In this document: positions 56,802-64,000 of the stretch, in pieces | How positions within the stretch are numbered: the first letter of the stretch is position 1 | How the letters are laid out: each line of letters opens with the position of its first letter | DNA from: an uncultured Clostridia bacterium | GTDB lineage: Bacteria > Bacillota > Clostridia > Peptostreptococcales > Anaerovoracaceae | NCBI GenBank assembly: GCA_944383465.1 | Contig: CALWPQ010000003.1 | Span: 11,662-75,661 of the forward strand | Direction: 5' to 3' | DNA: 64,000 bases | The notes under the pieces: generated by a model | Database searches by the model: none | Told to the model about the DNA's origin: nothing | What the model saw: only the letters and a program-made list of their open reading frames with translations | Program-made: the position numbers and the translations under genes

Positions 56802-57992
56802 CTATTTTATCACCCGTACTTTGATGATGCCGGTGTTCTTGGCAAGCTGCGCGCTTATTTCTGCTTCATCGACGATAGCGTCCGTATCGACCATTGTATA
56901 AGCATAATCGTTGCGGCTTTGGTTTACCATATTGGCGATGTTTATATTCATATCGGCGAGCATTCCCGTAATGTCACCGAGAATGCCCGGTACATTTTTA
57001 TTGAGGATGCAGATACGCGAATGGCCGTTGCCCGGTACGAATTTGCCGAGCGAGCAGGCCGGAAAGTTCACCGAATTTTCGATGTTGCCGTTTTCAAGAT
57101 AATTTTTAAGTTCCTCAACCGCGAGAATTGCACAGTTATCTTCGGCCTCGCCTGTGGAAGCTCCGAGATGCGGGATGTATGTAATGTTTTCATGTCCGAC
57201 AATCTTGTCGTTCGGGAAGTCGGTAATGTATTTTGAGAGCCTGCCGCTGTCGAGAGCTTCGAGTACAGCGTCCTCGTCAACGAGCTTGTCGCGTGAAAAG
57301 TTGAGAAGAACTGCGCCCTTTTTCATTCTGCCGATTACTTCTGCATTTATCATATGGTTTGTCTGCGGGGAGGCCGGCACGTGAATCGTTACATAGTCGC
57401 AGTCGCCGATAACGGAATCGAGATCTGTCGTGAAAGGTACGGTGCTCGACATATCGTGAGCTGCGCGCACAGTCATAAACGGCGCGTAGCCGATTACCTC
57501 CATACCCAGCGCTTCGCAGGCGTTACATACGAGCACGCCGATGGCGCCGAGACCGATGACACAAATTTTCTTGCCGCTGATTTCATGACCTGCAAACTGA
57601 CCCTTGCCCTTCTCAACGGCCTTGGCGATACCCATTTCGCCGGCACCGCCCTTTGTTGCCAGCTTATGTACCCAGTGCATACCGTCGTAAAGATTTCTTG
57701 CCTCAGCGAGCATAGCCGTAAGCACGAGTTCTTTAACAGCATTGGCGTTGGCGCCAGGAGCATTGAATACAACGATACCTTTTTCGGCGCAGCGGTCAAG
57801 AGGAATATTATTTACTCCCGCGCCTGCGCGCGCAATCGCAAGCAGCTCGTCTGAAAACTGCATTTCCAGCATATCCTGGCTGCGTACGAGAATACCGCAA
57901 GCCGAATCGATATCGTCAGTCAGAGCGTATTTATCTCCTAAATTTTTAAGTCCTTTTGGTGAAATTTTGTTTAATGTTGCTATCTTATACAT
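56802..57992 (-). CDS. serA: D-3-phosphoglycerate dehydrogenase with C-terminal ACT domain
   Basis: NAD-binding VIGLGAIG, a 2-hydroxyacid dehydrogenase catalytic region, and an ACT-like C-terminus (ICILNKNVPGILGDITGMLAD). Confidence 0.9.
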   Translation of the reverse strand: MYKIATLNKISPKGLKNLGDKYALTDDIDSACGILVRSQDMLEMQFSDELLAIARAGAGVNNIPLDRCAEKGIVVFNAPGANANAVKELVLTAMLAEARNLYDGMHWVHKLATKGGAGEMGIAKAVEKGKGQFAGHEISGKKICVIGLGAIGVLVCNACEALGMEVIGYAPFMTVRAAHDMSSTVPFTTDLDSVIGDCDYVTIHVPASPQTNHMINAEVIGRMKKGAVLLNFSRDKLVDEDAVLEALDSGRLSKYITDFPNDKIVGHENITYIPHLGASTGEAEDNCAILAVEELKNYLENGNIENSVNFPACSLGKFVPGNGHSRICILNKNVPGILGDITGMLADMNINIANMVNQSRNDYAYTMVDTDAIVDEAEISAQLAKNTGIIKVRVIK

Positions 57993-58041
57993 AGTTAACC
58001 CTGCCTTCTGTAAGTGAATGTTTTTATCTCTATAAAAACTT

Positions 58042-58080
58042 ATTATACCACTTTACTGGAACGCGGTAAAGTGGTATAAT
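58042..58080. promoter_or_regulatory. 15-bp perfect inverted repeat containing back-to-back TGGTATAAT promoters for serA and serC
   Basis: ATTATACCACTTTAC (58042-58056), a 9-nt spacer, then GTAAAGTGGTATAAT (58066-58080). Each arm reads TGGTATAAT toward its own gene. Confidence 0.65.
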
Positions 58081-58148
58081 TATATCTATTATTTTAGAAT
58101 GATTAAAAAGATAAGAGAGATAAAAGGCGATATTTTCGGAGGTGTTTT

Positions 58149-59243
58149 ATGACAAACAGAGTATACAATTTTTCGGCCGGGCCGTCGATGCTTCCGCTCG
58201 AGGTAATTGAAGAGGCGGCAAAAAATCTTGCAGATTACAATGGCTGCGGACAATCGGTAATGGAGATGTCGCACCGCTCCAAGGAATTTGAAACGATTAT
58301 AAATGACGCGGAGGCAAACCTGCGTGAAATTATGAATATTCCTGATAATTATAAGGTGCTGTTCCTTCAGGGAGGCGGAACTTTGCAGTTTGCAATGGTG
58401 CCGCTCAATCTGATGACGAAATCTGGAAAAGCGGATTATATAGTTACAGGCACATGGGCGAAAAAGGCGGCGGCGGAGGCTAAGAAATTCGGCGACGCTA
58501 AAGTGATTGCGAGCTCCGAGGACAGCACATTTTCATATATTCCGCGCGTTAATAAGGAAGATATAAGGCCGGATGCGGATTATGTATATATTACGACAAA
58601 CAATACGATTTACGGCACGCATTTCTGCGAAAGTGCGCTTCCGGACACAGGAGATATTCCTCTCGTTGCCGATATGAGCTCATGCATACTATCTGAACCT
58701 GTCGATGTAAGCAAATACGGCCTTATCTTTGCGGGTGCGCAGAAAAATGTAGCCCCTGCGGGCGTTACCATTGTCATTGTGAGGGAGGATCTGCTCGGAA
58801 AAGCAGCGGAAACGGTGCCGACATACCTCGACTACAAGATCCACGCGGATAACGGCTCGATGTACAATACGCCTCCTTGCTTTGCAATTTACATAGCGGG
58901 CGAGGTTTTTAAAAAGATTAAGGCTGACGGCGGTATTGCGGCGATGAATAAGAGAGACATCGAGAAAGCTGAAAAGCTCTATAATTATATTGATTCCAGC
59001 GAATTTTACAAATGCCCGGTGGCAAACAAGGAAGACCGCTCGCTGATGAATGTCGTATTTGTTACTGGAGACGCAGACCTCGACAAGAAGTTTGTAGCAG
59101 AAGCAAAAGCAGAGGGGCTTGTAAACCTTGGAGGACACCGTTCGATAGGAGGAATGAGAGCTTCAATATACAACGCAATGCCAATGGAGGGTGTTGATAA
59201 GCTGCTCGAATTTATGAAAAAATTTGCGGCTGAAAATAAATAG
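58149..59243 (+). CDS. serC: Phosphoserine aminotransferase
   Basis: MTNRVYNFSAGPSMLP start. The length and pattern fit class-V aminotransferase SerC. Confidence 0.9.
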   Translation: MTNRVYNFSAGPSMLPLEVIEEAAKNLADYNGCGQSVMEMSHRSKEFETIINDAEANLREIMNIPDNYKVLFLQGGGTLQFAMVPLNLMTKSGKADYIVTGTWAKKAAAEAKKFGDAKVIASSEDSTFSYIPRVNKEDIRPDADYVYITTNNTIYGTHFCESALPDTGDIPLVADMSSCILSEPVDVSKYGLIFAGAQKNVAPAGVTIVIVREDLLGKAAETVPTYLDYKIHADNGSMYNTPPCFAIYIAGEVFKKIKADGGIAAMNKRDIEKAEKLYNYIDSSEFYKCPVANKEDRSLMNVVFVTGDADLDKKFVAEAKAEGLVNLGGHRSIGGMRASIYNAMPMEGVDKLLEFMKKFAAENK

Positions 59244-59268
59244 ATACACACAATTTTCACACAAAAAG

Positions 59269-59307
59269 AGGCTTTCCGTGATATCATTTAATTATGGAAA
59301 GCCTTTT
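59269..59307 (+). terminator. Terminator after serC
   Basis: AGGCTTTCC pairs with GGAAAGCCT, followed by TTTTA. Confidence 0.6.
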
Positions 59308-59407
59308 ATAGAATTGACGGAAAATAAAGTCGGTTTTGAGGCCTAATTATCGGGATGGTTAGGTATAAAAAGAAATAAGATAGTTGAATAAAAGAAAGGA
59401 ACGGAAT

Positions 59408-60622
59408 ATGAAATATTTTGTACTCGTACCGGACGGCGCAGGAGATTATCCAATAGAGGCACTCGGCGGTAAAACAGTGCTTGAAGCTGCCGATATCAAA
59501 AATATAGATGAGCTTGCGGCAAAGAGCCGCATAGGAATGGTTAAAACTATTCCTGACGGAGTGGCGCCGGGAAGCGACGCCGCCAATCTCTCGGTAATGG
59601 GATACGACCCAAGCATATACCTTACTGGCCGTTCACCGCTGGAGGCTGTAAGTATCGGCATAGATATGTCGGATGCGGATGTGGCGTTTAGAACGAATGT
59701 CATTACGCTTGAGGGCGAGGGTGCGTATGAGGATCTCATTATTAAAGATCACAGCTCGGGCGACATTTCTACGGAAGAAGCAGACCTGCTTATTCAGGCT
59801 GTAAACGAGGCTTTTGCGGATGAAAATATAAGATTTTACACGGGAGTCAGCTACAGACACTGTCTCATAGTGCATAATGGAAGCACTGCGTATAAGCTCA
59901 CTCCGCCGCACGATGTGCTTGGCAAAAGGGCCGGCGACTATCTGCCGCAGGGAGAGGGCTCTGAATTTATCACGGAGATGATGAAAAAGAGCTATGAAAT
60001 ATTAAATAACCATCCAGTAAACATTGCCAGACGTGAACGGGGACTCAATCCGGCAAACACCATTTGGATCTGGGGACAGGGCAAGAAGCCAAATCTTTCA
60101 TCATTCAGCGCAAAGTATCATCTGGATGGTTCGGTAATTTCCGCAGTAGACTTAATCAAGGGCATCGGCATTTGCGCAGGACTCGACTCGATAGATGTGC
60201 CGGGCGTGACAGCGACGCTCAATACGAATTACGAAGGCAAGGCGAATGCTGCGATAGAAGAATTTAAAAAGGGCAAGCAATTTGTATATATGCACCTTGA
60301 GGGCCCGGACGAATGCGGTCATCAGGGAGAGTTAGACGATAAGCTTGAAAGTATGAAGCGTATAGATGAAAGAATTTTTGCGCCGATATACGATTACTTA
60401 AGGTCGTGCGGCGATGATTTTAGAATACTCATCGTGCCTGATCACAGGACACCGCTTGCTCTCAGAACGCATACCTCTGAGCCAGTGCCTTTTGTGCTTT
60501 ACGACAGCAGAAGCGAAGAGACTTTTGATACGGCAAAGCAGTTTAACGAAAAAGCGGGTGAAAACGGTATGTATTTTGACAACGGTTTTGAAATGGCGGA
60601 TTTTTTCTTTACTGATAAATAA
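59408..60622 (+). CDS. Cofactor-independent phosphoglycerate mutase-like protein (archaeal ApgM type / proposed homoserine kinase family)
   Basis: MKYFVLVPDGAGDYP start, alkaline-phosphatase-superfamily metal motifs (HLEGPDECGHQG, VPDHRTP). Confidence 0.75.
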   Translation: MKYFVLVPDGAGDYPIEALGGKTVLEAADIKNIDELAAKSRIGMVKTIPDGVAPGSDAANLSVMGYDPSIYLTGRSPLEAVSIGIDMSDADVAFRTNVITLEGEGAYEDLIIKDHSSGDISTEEADLLIQAVNEAFADENIRFYTGVSYRHCLIVHNGSTAYKLTPPHDVLGKRAGDYLPQGEGSEFITEMMKKSYEILNNHPVNIARRERGLNPANTIWIWGQGKKPNLSSFSAKYHLDGSVISAVDLIKGIGICAGLDSIDVPGVTATLNTNYEGKANAAIEEFKKGKQFVYMHLEGPDECGHQGELDDKLESMKRIDERIFAPIYDYLRSCGDDFRILIVPDHRTPLALRTHTSEPVPFVLYDSRSEETFDTAKQFNEKAGENGMYFDNGFEMADFFFTDK

Positions 60623-60714
60623 GCGAAGGAGCAGATAAGAACAAAAACACGCATAAGTTTGATAATATATAAAGTTAAAAGCATAGGAAAACAGACAGCA
60701 ATTAAGGATAGATT

Positions 60715-62088
60715 ATGATTAAAAAACTTGCAGCAGTGCTGGCGATAATTGTAGGGATAACAAATATAGGAGGAATTTTTGCGCCGGAAAGCGCGTACGC
60801 CGCAGCCGCGCCTGAAATCATAGCGGAGGCGGGAATACTCATAGACGGAACGACAGGGCAGATACTTTATACGAAAAACGAAAATGCGACGCTTGAGCCA
60901 GCGAGCACGACTAAGATGATAACCTGTCTGCTGGCAATTGAAAATCTCGAAATGGATCATGTCGTGACAATAGACGATGAGACACCGTTTACCGAGGGCA
61001 GCAGAATATATTTGCTTGAGGATGAGCAGATAACAGTAGAAAATTTGCTCTACGCGCTGATGCTTGAATCGGCAAACGACGCCGCGGTAGCGCTGGCAAA
61101 AGAAATTTCGGGCAGTACCGAAGCTTTTGCAGTCAAGATGAATGAGCGCGCAAAGGAACTTGGAGCTACGAGTACAAATTTTGTAAATCCGAACGGACTT
61201 CATACTGAAGGGCATCTTTCTACGGTGCACGATCTGGCGATGATAGCTAAAGGCTGTATGGAAAACGAAACCTTCCGCACGCTGTGCAGCACATATTATC
61301 ATTACATACCTGCGACAAACAAGCAGGACGAGCGCCATATGTACAATACTAACAGGCTGCTCTACGATGAAAAAACGCTCGTGCCTGTAAACGGTGTATC
61401 GGTGCCTGCAAAATACGAAGGAGCGGTAGGAATAAAGACAGGCTATACTTCACATGCAGGAGGATGTCTCGTTGCCGGCGCCGAACGCGACGGCACTTTT
61501 CTGATAGCTGTAGTAATGAAGTCGACTGACGCAGGGCGCTTCGGCGACAGCATTGCGCTTTTCGATTATGGGTTTGCAAGCTATCATACAGTAAAGGCAG
61601 CGGATATAACGGATGATATGGGAAGAGCATCGGTGAAGCGCGGAGCAGTTGCGGATGTCGGACTTGAGCTTGCGGAAAGCGCCTATGTGACGCTGCCGAT
61701 AGAGGCTTCAAGCTCAGTTTTAAGTACAAAGCTCGTGCTTGAAGATGAAAGAACAGCACCGATAAAAAAAGGTGACGAGCTCGGCCGCCTCGAGATATAC
61801 GAGGGTGAAAGCAATTTGCTGACGACTGTATCTGTACTTGCTAAGGAAGAAGTGGGCGAAGGCACGCTGCTTTCTGTATTTGGTATTGAAAATCATACGG
61901 CGTATATTATATATATAGTTGCAGGTGTTATCGTTACTCTGATGCTGGCACTTACGATAGCATATATCGTACTAAAGAGACGGCAGATAAGAAGAAGGCG
62001 CGAGAGACGCGCAAAGCGAGCTATGGAAATAGCAAAGCAGCGCCTGGAAAGGGAAAAAGATATAACAAAACGCGATTGGCGGTTTTAA
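60715..62088 (+). CDS. D-alanyl-D-alanine carboxypeptidase (S11, PBP5-like) with C-terminal membrane anchor
   Basis: Signal sequence, SxxK (ASTTKM), SxN (ESANDA), KTG (KTGYT), a C-terminal TM segment and a basic tail. Confidence 0.85.
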   Translation: MIKKLAAVLAIIVGITNIGGIFAPESAYAAAAPEIIAEAGILIDGTTGQILYTKNENATLEPASTTKMITCLLAIENLEMDHVVTIDDETPFTEGSRIYLLEDEQITVENLLYALMLESANDAAVALAKEISGSTEAFAVKMNERAKELGATSTNFVNPNGLHTEGHLSTVHDLAMIAKGCMENETFRTLCSTYYHYIPATNKQDERHMYNTNRLLYDEKTLVPVNGVSVPAKYEGAVGIKTGYTSHAGGCLVAGAERDGTFLIAVVMKSTDAGRFGDSIALFDYGFASYHTVKAADITDDMGRASVKRGAVADVGLELAESAYVTLPIEASSSVLSTKLVLEDERTAPIKKGDELGRLEIYEGESNLLTTVSVLAKEEVGEGTLLSVFGIENHTAYIIYIVAGVIVTLMLALTIAYIVLKRRQIRRRRERRAKRAMEIAKQRLEREKDITKRDWRF

Positions 62089-62095
62089 AAGAAAA

Positions 62096-63940
62096 ATGTT
62101 TGACATCGAAGAAAATCTGAAAAAGCTCCCGGATGCCCCGGGAGTTTATATTCACAAGGATAAACTGGGGCAGGTGATATATGTGGGGAAAGCGATTTCT
62201 CTCAAAAACCGCGTGCGTCAGTATTTTCGGCTGTCAAAAACAGCAGATCCCAAGCTCAGAGCGCTTGCCGCTAACATTGAAGAATTTGAGTATATAAACT
62301 GCGCTACCGAGATGGAAGCGCTGATACTCGAATGCAATCTCATAAAGAAATATATGCCTAAGTACAATGTGCTTCTGCGTGATGATAAGACATATCCGTA
62401 CATTAAAATAACTATGGGTGAGGAATATCCGCGCGTTGTCAAGACGCGCCTTGTAGAAAGCGACGGGGGTAAATACTTTGGCCCTTACAGCGATGCCGGT
62501 GCGGTGAATGAGATCGTCGATATGCTAAATGACATATATTCTCTCAAACGCTGCGCTGCGCGTTCATTTCCGGCGGGCGCCAAGCCGTGCTTAAATTATC
62601 ATATAGCAAGCTGCGGCGGCGTGTGCACGGGAAAGATAGGGAAGGACGAATATAAGGATAAAATAGATAAAATTGTAGAATTTTTAAACGGCAAAAATAA
62701 ACCGATGCTCGATATGCTTATGGGTAAAATGAACGCAGCTGCGGAAAGCCTCGACTTTGAAAATGCGGCGAAATACCGTGATCAAATAACGGCGGTAAAG
62801 GCAATATCCGAGATGCAGAGAGTTGTGATACTCGGTGCAGGCGATATGGATATGGTGCTGGTACTGCGCGGAGCGGACAGACTTTACGCAGTTGTGTTTT
62901 TTGTACGAGGAGGAAAGCTTTCAGGCAGAGAGAGTTTTCTGATGCAGGCGGATGAGAGTGAGAGCAACGAAAATATTACGGCTCAGTTTTTAAAACAGTA
63001 TTACAGCGATATTGGAAGTGTGCCGCACGAGATACTCGTAGAAAAAGAGCCGCCGGAGAGGGAACTGATACAGGAGTATCTGTCTGGTGTAGCGGGACGC
63101 GCAGTTAAAATTACTGTGCCTAAAAAGGGCGATAAAAAAGCGCTTTTGGATCTGGCGCGCCGCGATGTTTCGGAAATGGCAAAGACGATAGATGAACGCG
63201 CTAAGGCGGCGCGCGAGCGCAGTGAAAATTTAGCCCAGGAGATTGCAAAGGTACTGATTGAAATAGGATACGAAGTGCCTAAGTCTGCTGCGAGCGGCTA
63301 TCGCATAGAAGCTTACGACATTTCCAACACAAACGGTGTTGATTCAGTTGGCGCAATGGTGGTGTTTGAAGGCGCAAAGCCGGTAAAAAAGGATTACAGG
63401 CGCTTTAAGATAAAGACGATAGAAGGACCGAACGATTACGCGAGTCTGCAAGAGGTTATATATAGGCGTTTTCGGCGTGCCGAGCAGGGTGATCCGGGCT
63501 TTTCAAGCTTGCCGGACTTCCTGTTTATAGACGGCGGGCAGGGTCAGGTGACAGCTGTGCAGCAGGTGCTTAAAGCGATGAAAATAAGTGTGCCCGTCGT
63601 TGGAATGGCGAAAGATGATCATCATAGGACGCGGGCGCTTGTTGCGGGCGACGGACGCGAAGCCGAGCTTGCAGCAAGGCCGCTTCTTTTTAAATATATA
63701 GGCGCGGTGCAGGAAGAAGTGCACAGGTTTGCTATAGAGTATCACAGAGGTCATAGAAATAAAAAAATGCTTACTTCCGTACTCGATGAAATAGAAGGAA
63801 TAGGGCCGGCGAAAAGAAATGCGCTGCTCTCCCATTTTGGCAGCGTTGATTCCATAAAAAAAGCGTCTTTGGAAGAGCTTATGGCTGTGAAAGGCATAAC
63901 AAAGACAAATGCCGGAAAAATAAGAGAATATTTTAATTGA
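62096..63940 (+). CDS. uvrC: Excinuclease ABC subunit C
   Basis: GIY-YIG domain (PGVYIHKDKLGQVIYVGKA), a UVR domain, and the C-terminal (HhH)2 motif IEGIGPAKRNALL. Confidence 0.95.
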   Translation: MFDIEENLKKLPDAPGVYIHKDKLGQVIYVGKAISLKNRVRQYFRLSKTADPKLRALAANIEEFEYINCATEMEALILECNLIKKYMPKYNVLLRDDKTYPYIKITMGEEYPRVVKTRLVESDGGKYFGPYSDAGAVNEIVDMLNDIYSLKRCAARSFPAGAKPCLNYHIASCGGVCTGKIGKDEYKDKIDKIVEFLNGKNKPMLDMLMGKMNAAAESLDFENAAKYRDQITAVKAISEMQRVVILGAGDMDMVLVLRGADRLYAVVFFVRGGKLSGRESFLMQADESESNENITAQFLKQYYSDIGSVPHEILVEKEPPERELIQEYLSGVAGRAVKITVPKKGDKKALLDLARRDVSEMAKTIDERAKAARERSENLAQEIAKVLIEIGYEVPKSAASGYRIEAYDISNTNGVDSVGAMVVFEGAKPVKKDYRRFKIKTIEGPNDYASLQEVIYRRFRRAEQGDPGFSSLPDFLFIDGGQGQVTAVQQVLKAMKISVPVVGMAKDDHHRTRALVAGDGREAELAARPLLFKYIGAVQEEVHRFAIEYHRGHRNKKMLTSVLDEIEGIGPAKRNALLSHFGSVDSIKKASLEELMAVKGITKTNAGKIREYFN

Positions 63941-64000
63941 TAAAAGTTAATGTTAATGATATAATTATGGCGAATATTTGAATACGGCAATGCCGTAAAT

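Noticed and set aside
1-64000. A scan for CRISPR arrays, rRNA genes, tRNA genes, intact transposases or integrases, and toxin-antitoxin gene pairs.
   Set aside because: I saw no regularly spaced repeats, no rRNA- or tRNA-like segments in the intergenic regions, no recombinase ORF, and no small two-gene cassettes. The scan was by eye and could miss short or degenerate elements.

Overview
This window reads as a chromosomal segment of a Firmicutes/Clostridia-type anaerobe; that assignment is inferred from gene content (cdaA-cdaR-glmM, comFC/raiA-RNA/hpf, queT, many TGnTATAAT extended -10 promoters). Most of it is ordinary housekeeping sequence, largely on the + strand: ftsH (5' truncated), coaX, mutM, dusB, thrC, mntP, rdgB, aroK, nadE, yhaM, cca, recD2, comFC, hpf, cdaA-cdaR-glmM-glmS, a KdpD/KdpE-like pair, two SNF transporters, a LysR regulator beside an alanine/Na+ symporter, queT-queF, csp, cysK, tenA-thiZXY, darA, nudC, panE, serA/serC, an apgM-like gene, a D-Ala-D-Ala carboxypeptidase and uvrC. 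I recognise three cis-regulatory or non-coding RNAs: a raiA-motif RNA between comFC and hpf, a preQ1-I riboswitch ahead of queT-queF, and a TPP riboswitch ahead of tenA-thiZXY. The one clearly accessory stretch is an AT-rich islet at about 35.56-39.76 kb, between kdpE and an SNF transporter gene. It holds two decayed mobile-element genes (a tnpV remnant and an excisionase-type HTH remnant) and one intact 1103-aa ORF. That ORF combines a HelD/UvrD-type SF1 helicase with an inserted Vsr/PD-(D/E)XK-like module, two topoisomerase-type zinc ribbons and a RecQ-type winged helix, and it is bracketed by an AGCTT...CGCTGACTAAT direct repeat. This is my best candidate for an undescribed system, possibly a single-gene nucleic-acid defence or mobile-element maintenance function. 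Smaller observations:
- a consensus promoter, leader terminator and 13-nt repeats ahead of an SNF transporter
- an 18-bp direct repeat in the LysR/symporter intergenic region
- a 15-bp perfect palindrome carrying back-to-back serA/serC promoters
- a 21-bp terminator hairpin between a near-consensus promoter and csp
- an unannotated 34-codon hydrophobic ORF with its own promoter
- a TPP-box-like remnant between thiX and thiY
- an in-frame TAA splitting a hypothetical gene

No rRNA, tRNA or CRISPR array was seen. All calls come from reading the sequence and translations; no database searches were run.
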